A DNA stretch of 50,623 bases from Thermoanaerobaculia bacterium (GTDB taxonomy: Bacteria > Acidobacteriota > Thermoanaerobaculia > Multivoradales > UBA5704), in the NCBI GenBank assembly GCA_044226625.1, contig JBGAGQ010000049.1:1-50623 (forward strand). Reading direction: 5' to 3'. Under the pieces are notes generated by a model that was not told the DNA's origin, made no database searches, and saw only the letters and a list, made by a program, of their open reading frames with translations. Below, piece after piece: positions 26,708 through 35,990 of the stretch. The position numbers were made by a program, and so were the translations under genes. Position 1 is the stretch's first letter; every line of letters starts with the position of its first letter.

Positions 26708-29221
26708 GTGGAATACGATCCGCTTCCGCCGCGCACGATCGGTCCCTCCTTCGGTTCCCCCATGCGTCCCCGGCCGGGCAAGCGCCTCTTGCGCTGGCTC
26801 TGGCCGCTCGCCCTCGCCGCGGTGCTGGGCGCCGCCGGAGGCGTGGGGATCGCCGCGGTCATCCGGAGGCCGCAGGTCGAGGAGGTCTCCTCCTATACGC
26901 CGCGCCTGGTGACCGAGCTGTTCGACCGCAACGGCGCCCAGTTCGCGACCTTCGCCCGCGAGCGCCGGATCATGCTCTCCCAGGCGCAGATCCCCGAGGT
27001 GCTTCGGCGCGCGGTGGTCGCCTCGGAGGATCGGAATTTCTTCAGCCACGGCGGCATCGACCTCCAGGGCATCCTCCGCGCCGAGCTCAAGAACCTGCGG
27101 ACCGGGCACATCGTCGAGGGCGCTTCGACGATCACCATGCAGCTCGCCCGCACCCTCTTCCTGTCGCGCGAGAAGACCTGGCGCCGCAAGGTCGAGGAGG
27201 CGCTGATCTCCGTCGAGCTCGAGAAGAAGTACAGCAAGCAGCAGCTGCTGACGCTCTATCTCAACCTGGTGAACCTCGGCCACGGGAACTACGGCGTGGA
27301 GGCCGCCTCCCGCTACTACTTCGAGAAGCCGGCGAAGGACCTCACGCTGGCCGAGGCGGCGACGCTGATCGGCATCATCCCGGCCCCCAGCCGGTACAGC
27401 CCCTACCGCACGCCCGACAAAGTTCTGTCCCAGCGCAATCGAGTCCTGCGCGGCATGCTCGAGGAGCGCTTCATCACCCAGCAGCAGTTCAACGTGGCCA
27501 ACGCCGAGCCGCTTCGCGTCGCCGCCCGGCGCACGGAGGAGCAGGCCGCCCCCTATTTCACCGAAGAGGTCCGCAAGTACCTCGAAACGAAATACGGCGC
27601 GACCGCCCTCTACGAGCAGGGGCTCGAGGTCACCACCACGCTCGATCCCGCCATCCAGGCGGCGGCCGAGAAAGCCATCGACGACGGCCTCCGCCGGATC
27701 GACCATCGACGGGGCTGGCGCGGGCCGATCGCCCAGCTCGATGTCGCGAACCTGGAAGAGCAGACGCGGCCGACCTGGGGCCAAGGCGATCCCGAGATCG
27801 GCCGCTGGTACCAGGGGATCGTCCTCGAGAGCGACAAGACCCAAGCGAAGGTCAAGATCGGCGAGAAGGTCTACACGCTCGGCAAGAAGGGCATCGAATG
27901 GACGGGGCGCACGTTCCCCTCGACCGCCCTTCCGAAGGGGTCGGTCGCCTGGTTCCGCCTCGTCCCTCCTCCCCAGGAGAAGGGCAAGGACGGCGGCGAA
28001 CCGATCCTAATGCTCGAGCAGGAGCCGCGGATGGAGTCCGCCGCGGTCGTGATCGAATCGCGAACCGGCGCGATCCGCGCCCTGGTCGGCGGCTGGGACT
28101 TCGATCGCAACAAGTTCAACCGCATCACGCAGGCGCGCCGTCAGGTCGGCTCGGCTTTCAAACCGTTCGTCTACGGCTCGGCGATCGAGAACGGCTGGAC
28201 TCCGGCCGACACGCTGCTCGACGTGCCCACCGCGTTCAAAGGCGCGGACGGCAAGCTCAGCTACACGCCGCACAACTACTACAAGAAGTATTACGGCATC
28301 ATCACCCTCCGCCGCGCGCTCGAACAGTCGGTCAACGTCGCCACGGTGAAGCTGATGGATCTCGTGGGCGTGCAGCGGGTGATCGATTTCACCCGTCGCT
28401 GCGGCGTCCAGGCTCCGTTGCCGCCCTACCCGAGCCTCGCGCTCGGCTCGGCCGATCTCACGCCGATGGAGCTCGCGACCGCTTACGCGACGATCGCCAA
28501 TCTCGGCACCCACGTCGAGCCCTACCTGATCGAGAAAATCGCCAGCCGCGAAGGGCAAGCGCTCGAAAGCCACGTGCCGAACGCCCAAAGCGCGATGGCG
28601 CCCGCGGTCGCCTTCGTCCTCACCCACATGCTCGAAGGGGTGATCGACCACGGCACGGGCTACGAGGCGCACGACCTGCCGCTCGACCTCGCCGGAAAGA
28701 CCGGCACCACGGACGACTACTCGGACGCCTGGTTCGTCGGCTTCACGCCGAACTACACGATCCTCACCTGGACCGGCTACGACACCAAGCGCTCGCTCGG
28801 CTCGGGGATGAGCGGCGCGGTCGCCTCGCTGCCGACCTGGATCTCGATCGTCAAGTCCGGGCTCGCCGACGGTTGGATACAGAAGGGAGAGACCTTCGCG
28901 GTCCCGGCCGGTGTCTCCCAACGCCCGATCGAGTACTACTCCGGCCTGCGCGCCAGCGAAGGCAGCGGTCGCACGATCGACGAGGCGTTCGTGAACGGCA
29001 CCGAACCTTTCAAGGACTACGATCCCAAGTGGTCGACCGTGATGACGCTCCCCTGGTTCCAGCAGAAGTCGTTCTACGTGCCGAAGGAAGGCGAGGAGAT
29101 GACGCAGCGGGCGCCCGAGCCCGGCGCGGTCGCTGCCCCGCCGGGCCAGGAGGGGGTCGCCGACGAGGGTCCGCCCGCGGCGCAACCGGCGCCCCAGACC
29201 TCGGCGCCTCCCCCGCCTTAA
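26708..29221 (+). CDS. mrcA: Class A penicillin-binding protein 1A
   Basis: GT51 motifs EDRNF..H.G, GASTITMQL and RKVEE. Transpeptidase motifs SAFK, SVN and KTGT. Confidence 0.95.
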   Translation: MEYDPLPPRTIGPSFGSPMRPRPGKRLLRWLWPLALAAVLGAAGGVGIAAVIRRPQVEEVSSYTPRLVTELFDRNGAQFATFARERRIMLSQAQIPEVLRRAVVASEDRNFFSHGGIDLQGILRAELKNLRTGHIVEGASTITMQLARTLFLSREKTWRRKVEEALISVELEKKYSKQQLLTLYLNLVNLGHGNYGVEAASRYYFEKPAKDLTLAEAATLIGIIPAPSRYSPYRTPDKVLSQRNRVLRGMLEERFITQQQFNVANAEPLRVAARRTEEQAAPYFTEEVRKYLETKYGATALYEQGLEVTTTLDPAIQAAAEKAIDDGLRRIDHRRGWRGPIAQLDVANLEEQTRPTWGQGDPEIGRWYQGIVLESDKTQAKVKIGEKVYTLGKKGIEWTGRTFPSTALPKGSVAWFRLVPPPQEKGKDGGEPILMLEQEPRMESAAVVIESRTGAIRALVGGWDFDRNKFNRITQARRQVGSAFKPFVYGSAIENGWTPADTLLDVPTAFKGADGKLSYTPHNYYKKYYGIITLRRALEQSVNVATVKLMDLVGVQRVIDFTRRCGVQAPLPPYPSLALGSADLTPMELATAYATIANLGTHVEPYLIEKIASREGQALESHVPNAQSAMAPAVAFVLTHMLEGVIDHGTGYEAHDLPLDLAGKTGTTDDYSDAWFVGFTPNYTILTWTGYDTKRSLGSGMSGAVASLPTWISIVKSGLADGWIQKGETFAVPAGVSQRPIEYYSGLRASEGSGRTIDEAFVNGTEPFKDYDPKWSTVMTLPWFQQKSFYVPKEGEEMTQRAPEPGAVAAPPGQEGVADEGPPAAQPAPQTSAPPPP

Positions 29222-29288
29222 TGGCCGGACGTGTCCCCTTTGATCGACCTTTAGCACTCACAATTTGTAGCAACGCAGCATTCGCGAC

Positions 29289-29325
29289 CCGCCCGGCGAT
29301 CCGCGCCGCGGGCGCTCCTTTTTTG
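29289..29325 (+). terminator. Putative intrinsic terminator after PBP1A
   Basis: Bulged GC-rich stem followed by a run of six T. Confidence 0.45.
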
Positions 29326-29355
29326 CGTCGCTTTCCCTGATTGAGGGCTCGTCCT

Positions 29356-30021
29356 ATGAATCGATCGTTGCGTGCCTCCCGGTTGTCCGCTCTCGCCGTC
29401 TTTACCCTCCTCTCGCTCGCGGCCTCGGCCGAGGCGGCGACGATCTCGATCGCCCAGGCCCGCACCATGCCGCTCGGCAGCGTGGTCACCGTCGAGGGAA
29501 CCGTCACCACCCCGTCGGGCGCCTTCGAATCGAGTTTCTTCGACAAGGGCTTCGGCCTGCAGCAGGGTAACGCCGGCATCTTCATCAGCCTGCCGTCGAC
29601 CGACCTCCATGTCGGTCCCTTCCGTCGCGCGCGGGTGACCGGCACGCTCGCCGACAGCTTCGGACTGCTCATCCTCGCTCCCGCGAGCCCGAGCGACGTC
29701 CGCCTGCTCGGCCCCGGCCTCCCAGTCCTGCCGCGCTGGGTCGAGACCGCCTCGGTCGGCGAATCGACCGAAGGGCGGCTCGTCCGCGTCATCGGGCGGA
29801 TCAGCACGGCGCCCTCTTCCGATCTGCCGTTCGGCTACAAGCTTGGCGTGAACGACGGCTCGGGCGAGGTGCAGATCTTCATCAACACCCAGACCGGGAT
29901 CGACCCGGCGACCCTGTCGCTCAACCAGTTGGTCGCGATCTCCGGCTTCAGCAGCCAGTTCGACACTCACTACGAGATCGACCCGCGCTTCCCGGCCGAC
30001 ATCCTCACGCCGGGGCACTAG
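29356..30021 (+). CDS. Secreted tandem OB-fold protein
   Basis: Signal peptide (AEA/A). Two OB-like repeats: ISIAQAR...VTVEGTVT and EGRLVRVIG...VNDGSG...YEIDPR...DI. Confidence 0.78.
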   Translation: MNRSLRASRLSALAVFTLLSLAASAEAATISIAQARTMPLGSVVTVEGTVTTPSGAFESSFFDKGFGLQQGNAGIFISLPSTDLHVGPFRRARVTGTLADSFGLLILAPASPSDVRLLGPGLPVLPRWVETASVGESTEGRLVRVIGRISTAPSSDLPFGYKLGVNDGSGEVQIFINTQTGIDPATLSLNQLVAISGFSSQFDTHYEIDPRFPADILTPGH

Positions 30022-30057
30022 AAACGCGAATTTTCTTCTCCGGCGTCCACGAGACGG

Positions 30058-30082
30058 ACGGGGGCGGCGCCGCCCCCGTTCT
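30058..30082 (+). terminator. GC-rich hairpin after the OB-fold gene
   Basis: 9-bp perfect stem ACGGGGGCG/CGCCCCCGT with a weak T tract. Confidence 0.4.
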
Positions 30083-30136
30083 GCCCGCTCTCCGCAACCT
30101 CCGCGTCGAACGGCGTGGCGCAAACGGCTTCTCGTC

Positions 30137-30537
30137 CTGGGAAGTGGCTTCCTGCACCAGAGGGTGACTTCAAGTCCTAGGAAGTGGCTTCCTGAGCTAG
30201 GAAGTGACTTCCTGAGCTGGGAAGTGACTTCCTGAGCTGGGAAGTGACTTCCTGAGCTGGGAAGTGACTTCCTGAGCTGGGAAGTGACTTCCTGGGCTGG
30301 GAAGTGACTTCCTGAGCTGGGAAGTGACTTCCTGGGACTGGGAAATGACTTCCTGGGCTGGGAAATGACTTCCTGGACTGGGAAGTGACTTCCTGGACTG
30401 GGAAGTGACTTCCTGGACTGGGAAGTGACTTCCTGGGCTGGGAAGTGACTTCCTGGGCTGGGAAGTGACTTCCTGGACTGGGAAGTGACTTCCTGGACTG
30501 GGGAGTGACTTCCTGGACTGGGAAGTGACTTCCTGCG
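30137..30537. repeat. Tandem array of about 20 copies of the 20-bp unit CTGGGAAGTGACTTCCTG(AG/GA/GG)
   Basis: Counted directly: 20 units from 30137, including one degenerate unit (30157) and one 21-nt unit (30317). Each intact unit holds the palindrome GGAAGT-G-ACTTCC or a one-base variant. Confidence 0.97.
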
Positions 30538-30827
30538 CTGGAAAGCAGCGTGCGCGGGAGAGAAGCGGCTTCGCGGCTCAGAAATTCGCTCGCAGGCCAG
30601 GGAAACGGCCTTCTGAGCCGTAGAGCCGCTCGTGGCTTCGGCAGCCGCCGGTGCGCACCTCCGAGCGTCTCGCACACGCCGATCTCCCCCATCGCTTCGA
30701 GAAAAGCGTCCGCGGCCCAGTCTTCTCCGTTACATCCGTTACAGGCACCCACTAATTAAGGAGAGACCACCGCGGCGGCTTTTCGCCACCACGCGGGAAC
30801 GTCGGGTCTCCCGAGAGGAGCTTCAAG

Positions 30828-33452
30828 ATGTCGATCGCCGTAGCCTATCCGGCGCGCCGAGGCGCGCTCCGGTCTGTGGTTTTCTGTCTCGCCTGCTTTT
30901 CCGCCCTTCTCGCGACGACGGGGCCCGTCGCCGCGCAGACCCCGCTCGGTGCCACGATCGTCGGCGGAAGCGTCCAATTCGCCCTGTTCTCCCAAAACGC
31001 GACGCGGGTCGAGGTCTGGACGTTCGCCACGCCGACGTCGTCGACGGCGCTTTCTCGGACCGCGCTCACCAAGACCGATCTGGTGAACCACATCTGGACC
31101 GTGACGATCTCCGGCCTCGGCGCCGGAACGCTCTACGGCTATCGCGTCTGGGGGCCGAACTGGCCTTACAGCGCGGCCTGGACCGCGGGGAGCAACGTCG
31201 GCTTCATCTCCCACGTCGACGCGAGCGGCAATCGGTTCAACCCGAACAAGCTGCTCACCGACCCCTACGCGAAAGCGGTGACCGGGGAGCCGGTCCGGGT
31301 GGCGGACGGCAGCGGCAGCCTCCACTACTCGACCGCGATCCTCGGCGGCACGAACACCTACGCCTTCGTCGACTCCGCCGGCGCAATGCCGAAGTCGATC
31401 GTCGTCTCGGACACCTACAGCTGGGGAACCGAGACCAAGCCGAACGTCGCGATGAAGGACTCGATCGTCCTCGAGACCCATCTGCGCGGCCAAACCAAGA
31501 ACGACACGACGGTCTCAGCCGCCCTGCGCGGCACCTATGACGGCCTCGCCTCGAAGGCCTCGTATTTCAAGAACGTGGGCGCCACCGCGGCGGAGCTGCT
31601 GCCGGTCCACGAATACGCCCAGTTCGACGATCCGGTCGGCGGCGCCACGGCCGACCGGACGAACTTCTGGGGCTACATGACGACGCAGTTCATGGCGCCG
31701 AACCGCGAGTACCTCTGCGCCGATGTCGCCACCTGCGCGATCGCCGACGGCAGCCAGGTGACGAAGTTCAAGGACCTGGTGAAGGCGTTCCACGCCCAGG
31801 GGGTGGAGGTCTGGCTCGACGTGGTGTTCAACCACACGTTCGAAGGGGGAGCCTGCTCCGGCCAGCCGGTGCGGTACTTCAACCTGCGCGGCATCGACAA
31901 CGCGGTCTATTACACGCTGGCCGACGACAAGAGCTGCTACTGGGAGTCGACCGGCACGGGCAACAACCTGAACGCCAGCCGGCCCGCGGTGCGCAAGCTG
32001 ATCCTCGACAGCCTGACCTACTGGATCGACAAGATGCACGTCGACGGCTTCCGCTTCGACCTCGCCTATGAGCTCGGGCGGGAAGGCTCGGACGGCCGGG
32101 TGTTCAACCCGAGCGCGACGACGCTCGTCCAGATCGCCCAGCTCGGCTCGACCAAGGGGGTCAAGATGATCGCCGAAGCCTGGGACACGGCGGGTTACGG
32201 CGTCGGCCAGTTCCCCGCGGGATGGTCGGAGTGGAACGGCCTCTACCGCGACAACCTCCGGAAGTACATGAAGGGGGACAACGCGCAGGTGGGCAACCTC
32301 GGCGCCTCGATCACCGCGACCTACAGCGGTTTCGGCTCGCCCCAGGAGAGCGTGAACTTCGTCACCGCGCACGACGGCTTCACCCTGAACGACCTCGTGA
32401 CCTACAACACGAAGCAGAACGGCACCGGGCCGTGCAACCCGACCGGCGCGGATGCGAGCAGCGGCAGCGACACGAACGACTCGTGGGATTCCGGCGGCGA
32501 CGAGAACCTGCGGCGGCGCCAGATCCGCAATTTCACCTCGCACCTTCTGCTCGACCACGGCGTGCCGATGATCGTCGCGGGCGACGAGTTCCGCCGCACC
32601 CAGAGCGGCAACAACAACGCCTACATGGCCGACAACAGCTGCGGTTGGGTCGACTGGCAGAAGTACTCCGACAACGGAAAGGCCTACGACTTCTTCCGCA
32701 AGCTCGCGGCGTTCCGCAAGGCCCACCCCGGCCTGCGGCGGACGGTCGCCACGGCCGGATCGGATCACGACGGGGACGGCTACAAGGACATCGGCTGGCA
32801 CGGCACCACCCCCGACGCCCCGGACTGGAGCGCGACCTCGCACACCCTCGCCTGGCTGCTCGACGGCTCCTGGCAGGAGACGGGAGGCGCCGCCGACGCA
32901 CCGGACCTCTACGTCGCCTCGAACGCCTACTGGACCAACCTCAACTTCACGATCCCGACCGCGCCGGGCGGCAAGTGCTGGTGGCTGCTCGCCGACACGG
33001 CCGATTGGGCGGAGGGGACGGGCAACGTCTATTACGACCCGGCGATCACCGTCTGGGACAACCAGCCGATGTGGAAGCTCGCCGGCTCGACCTACGGCGT
33101 CCAGGCGCGCTCGACGCTCGCCCTGCTCGCCCGCCCCTGCGCGGCCTCGGCGGTCACCCGGGTCGACTTCACGGTGAACGGCTTCACCACCGTGGTCGGC
33201 CAGGATCTCTACGTGGTCGGCAACGTTCCGGAGCTCGGCGCCTGGGACACGAACAAGGCGGTCAAGCTCAACTGGGTCTCCTCGGCAAGCTGGAGCGGCC
33301 CGGACTTCTTCTTCGCCTCGAAGGGGACGACCGTCCAGTACAAATACATCATGAAGCAAGGCGCCACGGTCACCTGGGAGACCGGCGCGAACCGGACCTA
33401 CGCCGTGCCGGCGAGCGGTTCGGGGAGCGTCACGGACAGCTGGCGTTTCTAA
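30828..33452 (+). CDS. Secreted isoamylase / glycogen-debranching enzyme (GH13) with N-terminal CBM48 and C-terminal CBM20
   Basis: Signal peptide. GH13 motifs NFWGYMT, DVVFNHT, DGFRFDL, IAEAW and TAHDG. CBM20 strings GQDLYVVGNVPELGAW and WETGANR. Confidence 0.92.
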   Translation: MSIAVAYPARRGALRSVVFCLACFSALLATTGPVAAQTPLGATIVGGSVQFALFSQNATRVEVWTFATPTSSTALSRTALTKTDLVNHIWTVTISGLGAGTLYGYRVWGPNWPYSAAWTAGSNVGFISHVDASGNRFNPNKLLTDPYAKAVTGEPVRVADGSGSLHYSTAILGGTNTYAFVDSAGAMPKSIVVSDTYSWGTETKPNVAMKDSIVLETHLRGQTKNDTTVSAALRGTYDGLASKASYFKNVGATAAELLPVHEYAQFDDPVGGATADRTNFWGYMTTQFMAPNREYLCADVATCAIADGSQVTKFKDLVKAFHAQGVEVWLDVVFNHTFEGGACSGQPVRYFNLRGIDNAVYYTLADDKSCYWESTGTGNNLNASRPAVRKLILDSLTYWIDKMHVDGFRFDLAYELGREGSDGRVFNPSATTLVQIAQLGSTKGVKMIAEAWDTAGYGVGQFPAGWSEWNGLYRDNLRKYMKGDNAQVGNLGASITATYSGFGSPQESVNFVTAHDGFTLNDLVTYNTKQNGTGPCNPTGADASSGSDTNDSWDSGGDENLRRRQIRNFTSHLLLDHGVPMIVAGDEFRRTQSGNNNAYMADNSCGWVDWQKYSDNGKAYDFFRKLAAFRKAHPGLRRTVATAGSDHDGDGYKDIGWHGTTPDAPDWSATSHTLAWLLDGSWQETGGAADAPDLYVASNAYWTNLNFTIPTAPGGKCWWLLADTADWAEGTGNVYYDPAITVWDNQPMWKLAGSTYGVQARSTLALLARPCAASAVTRVDFTVNGFTTVVGQDLYVVGNVPELGAWDTNKAVKLNWVSSASWSGPDFFFASKGTTVQYKYIMKQGATVTWETGANRTYAVPASGSGSVTDSWRF

Positions 33453-33455
33453 GCC

Positions 33456-34655
33456 TCAGCCTTCCGGGTAGAGCAGGATCTCCCGCCGCTCTACCCGGAA
33501 CGCCTCCTCCTCCGCGGCGAAGGTCGCCATCCACTCCTTCAAGCCCTCGCCGCTTTCGATCGCCTTCCGGCCTTCGGTGCCGCCTGTGAGCAGGTCGATC
33601 GCGGGAATGTCCGCGACGAACTCGTACGGCGCGGTGCGCCAGACGAGCGCCCCCATGCGAGCGACGACGTCGAGCATCTCGAGGCCGGTCCGGTAGGAGC
33701 GAAACGCCTGGGCGTCGTCCACCACCATCTCGACGCCGCCGCAGATCTCGCCGCGATGCTTCTGGAATTGCGGCCGGAACCAGGTCGGCACGAACCGCAC
33801 CCCCGGCAGATCTCGCGCTTCGAGCGCTCGGGAGAAGGCGAGCGGATCGAGGCCGGGCGCCCCGGTGAGGAGAAACGGCCGCGTCGTGCCGCGCCCTTCC
33901 GACAGCTCCGTCGCCTCGATCAGACAGCCGCCGGGGTAGACGATCGCCGTCGCCGGCGTCGGCATGTTCGGCGAGGGTGCGATCCAGGGCAGGCCGGTCT
34001 CCTCCCAGGCCATGTCGCGCCGCCAGCCGTCCATCGTCCAGACCTCGACGCTCGGCTCGCCCCCCTGCCGCATCGCCTGGAGCCGGAACAGCTCGCCGAG
34101 CGTGAGCCCGTGCCGCACCGGCAGGTGGAATGCGCCGACGAACGACTCGAACCCCGGCTGGAGCAGATTCCCTTCGACCACCACGCCGCCGAGTGGGTTC
34201 GGGCGGTCGAGCACCCAGACCTCGCAGCCCGCTTGCCGGGCCGCCTCCGCCGCCCAGATCGCCGTCGCGGCGTAGGTGTAGTAACGCGAGCCGACGTCCT
34301 GGACGTCGCAGAGCAGCAGGTCGAGCCCGACGAACGCCGAGGGGTCGGGGCGGAGCGTCGATTCCGAATCGCCGTAGAGCGATTCGAGCGGCGCGCCGGT
34401 CCACGGGTCGACGCCCCCTTCGGACGCCACCATGTCCTGCTCGATGCCGTAGAAGCCATGCTCCGGACCGAACAGCTTCGCCGCCGGATGGCCGGCCGCG
34501 GCGAGCGCGAGGTGGATCGGGCGCGATCGCGCATCGATCGAGGCACCGTGGGCGAGCAGGCCGAAACGCCGGCCGGCCAGGCGGGAAGGGTCGGCGAGCA
34601 AGCGGTCGAGGCCGGTCGTGACGGCGGGCCTTCCGCCCTGTTTCGAACGGTTCAT
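33456..34655 (-). CDS. namZ: Exo-beta-N-acetylmuramidase NamZ (DUF1343/YbbC)
   Basis: Motifs LFGPEHG, DVQDVGSRYYTY, LDRPNP, PSPNMP and SEGRGTT. ATGA overlap with moaC. Confidence 0.9.
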   Translation of the reverse strand: MNRSKQGGRPAVTTGLDRLLADPSRLAGRRFGLLAHGASIDARSRPIHLALAAAGHPAAKLFGPEHGFYGIEQDMVASEGGVDPWTGAPLESLYGDSESTLRPDPSAFVGLDLLLCDVQDVGSRYYTYAATAIWAAEAARQAGCEVWVLDRPNPLGGVVVEGNLLQPGFESFVGAFHLPVRHGLTLGELFRLQAMRQGGEPSVEVWTMDGWRRDMAWEETGLPWIAPSPNMPTPATAIVYPGGCLIEATELSEGRGTTRPFLLTGAPGLDPLAFSRALEARDLPGVRFVPTWFRPQFQKHRGEICGGVEMVVDDAQAFRSYRTGLEMLDVVARMGALVWRTAPYEFVADIPAIDLLTGGTEGRKAIESGEGLKEWMATFAAEEEAFRVERREILLYPEG

Positions 34656-35146
34656 TCGGGCACCTCGCGGCGCGACGGTTCGCGGACGAAGTCGCCGCTC
34701 TTGCCGCCGCTCTTCTTCTCCAGTCGGAGGTCGGTGATGACCGCCTCCCGATCGACCGCCTTCACCATGTCGTAGAGGGCGAGCGCCGCGACCGAGCAAG
34801 CGGTGAGCGCTTCCATCTCCGCGCCCGTCCGGGCGACGGTGACGACGCGGCTACGGATCGCGACACCGGCCTCGTCCGGCTCGACGTCGACCTCGACCTG
34901 GTCGATCGGCAGCGGATGGGCGAGCGGGATCAACTCGTCGGTCCGCTTCGCCGCCTGGATGCCCGCGAGGCGGGCGACCGCCACGGCATCCCCCTTGGGA
35001 AGGCGGGAGAGCGCCGCCACCGTCCCCTCGGCCAGCCGCACGCGGCAAGACGCTTCGGCGACGCGGCGGGTGACCGCCTTGCCCGAGACGTCGACCATGC
35101 GGGCGGCGCCCGTCTCGTCGAGATGAGAAAACGGCGTCGCGCTCAT
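34652..35146 (-). CDS. moaC: Cyclic pyranopterin monophosphate synthase
   Basis: Motifs HLDETGAARMVDVS, LIPLAHP, EMEALT, YDMVKAVD and KSGGKSG. Confidence 0.96.
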   Translation of the reverse strand: MSATPFSHLDETGAARMVDVSGKAVTRRVAEASCRVRLAEGTVAALSRLPKGDAVAVARLAGIQAAKRTDELIPLAHPLPIDQVEVDVEPDEAGVAIRSRVVTVARTGAEMEALTACSVAALALYDMVKAVDREAVITDLRLEKKSGGKSGDFVREPSRREVPE

Positions 35147-35268
35147 CCGCCTGGCTCCGTTTCGACGTAGAGGTTCGTCGACCCCCACGATCGGCCTTTA
35201 CGATCCGTAGGATCAACGAGTTGCGTCATGACGGCATGCTAACATCCCCGGCCTCCCCGCGACTTGCC

Positions 35269-35943
35269 ATGCGCCTTGCGATCGTCGTCCCCACGCTCAA
35301 CGAACAGAACGCGCTTCGCGCCCATCTGGCCCGGGCGAGCTCGGAAGCCGATCGGTTGATCGTCTCCGACGGCGGGAGCACGGACGCGACGGTAGAAATC
35401 GCGAAGGAGCTCGGCGCCACGGTCGTCTCCGGCCCTCCCGGGCGCGGCATCCAGCTGAACCGGGGCGCCGCGGCGGCGACTGACGCAGACGTCCTGCTCT
35501 TCCTCCACGCCGACACGGTGCTCCCCCCGGGGAGCGGCGACGCGATCCGCCGCGCCGTCGAGCGGGGCGCCGCGGGAGGGGCGTTCTTCGTTCGGTTCGA
35601 TTGCGACCGGCCGCTGTTCCGCCTCGGCAACCGGATCGTCAACCTTCGCACGCGGATCACCAAACGTCCCCTCGGCGACCAGGCGCAGTTCGTCCGGCGC
35701 GACGTATTCGAGCGGCTGGGGGGCTACCGCGACTGGCCGATCCTCGAAGACCTGGATTTCGCCGGCCGCCTGAACCGCGCCCACGGCCTCGCGCTCCTCC
35801 CCGGCCCGGCAGTCACCGCGGCGCGCCGGTTCCTCCACGGGGGGATCGCGAAGACGATCGCGACCAATTGGCTGATCTGGTTCCTCTACGCCTGCGGCGT
35901 CTCGCCCGAGCGCCTGGCGCGGCTGTACCGCCACATCCGATAG
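35269..35943 (+). CDS. GT2 glycosyltransferase (TIGR04283-like)
   Basis: Motifs VPTLNE, DGGSTD, FLHAD, GDQ and ILED. Confidence 0.88.
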   Translation: MRLAIVVPTLNEQNALRAHLARASSEADRLIVSDGGSTDATVEIAKELGATVVSGPPGRGIQLNRGAAAATDADVLLFLHADTVLPPGSGDAIRRAVERGAAGGAFFVRFDCDRPLFRLGNRIVNLRTRITKRPLGDQAQFVRRDVFERLGGYRDWPILEDLDFAGRLNRAHGLALLPGPAVTAARRFLHGGIAKTIATNWLIWFLYACGVSPERLARLYRHIR

Positions 35944-35990
35944 CGGTCCGATCGCGGAGCCGTCGGAGACCGGCGGCCCCTCCTCCTGAA

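Noticed and set aside
29251-29277. CIRCE (HrcA) operator
   Set aside because: The left arm TTAGCACTC is perfect, but the right arm GAGTGCTAA is absent after the 9-nt spacer.
30137-30537. CRISPR array
   Set aside because: The units are contiguous, the linkers are only 7 nt and near-identical with no unique spacers, and there are no cas genes in the window.
29251-30752. Minus-strand ORFs through the repeat (29251-30675 and 30177-30752) encoding RKSLPSSGSHFPAQEVTSQ repeats
   Set aside because: The 20-bp unit has no stop codon on that strand, so all frames stay open and give the same peptide. One ORF overlaps a real plus-strand gene, and neither has a convincing RBS.
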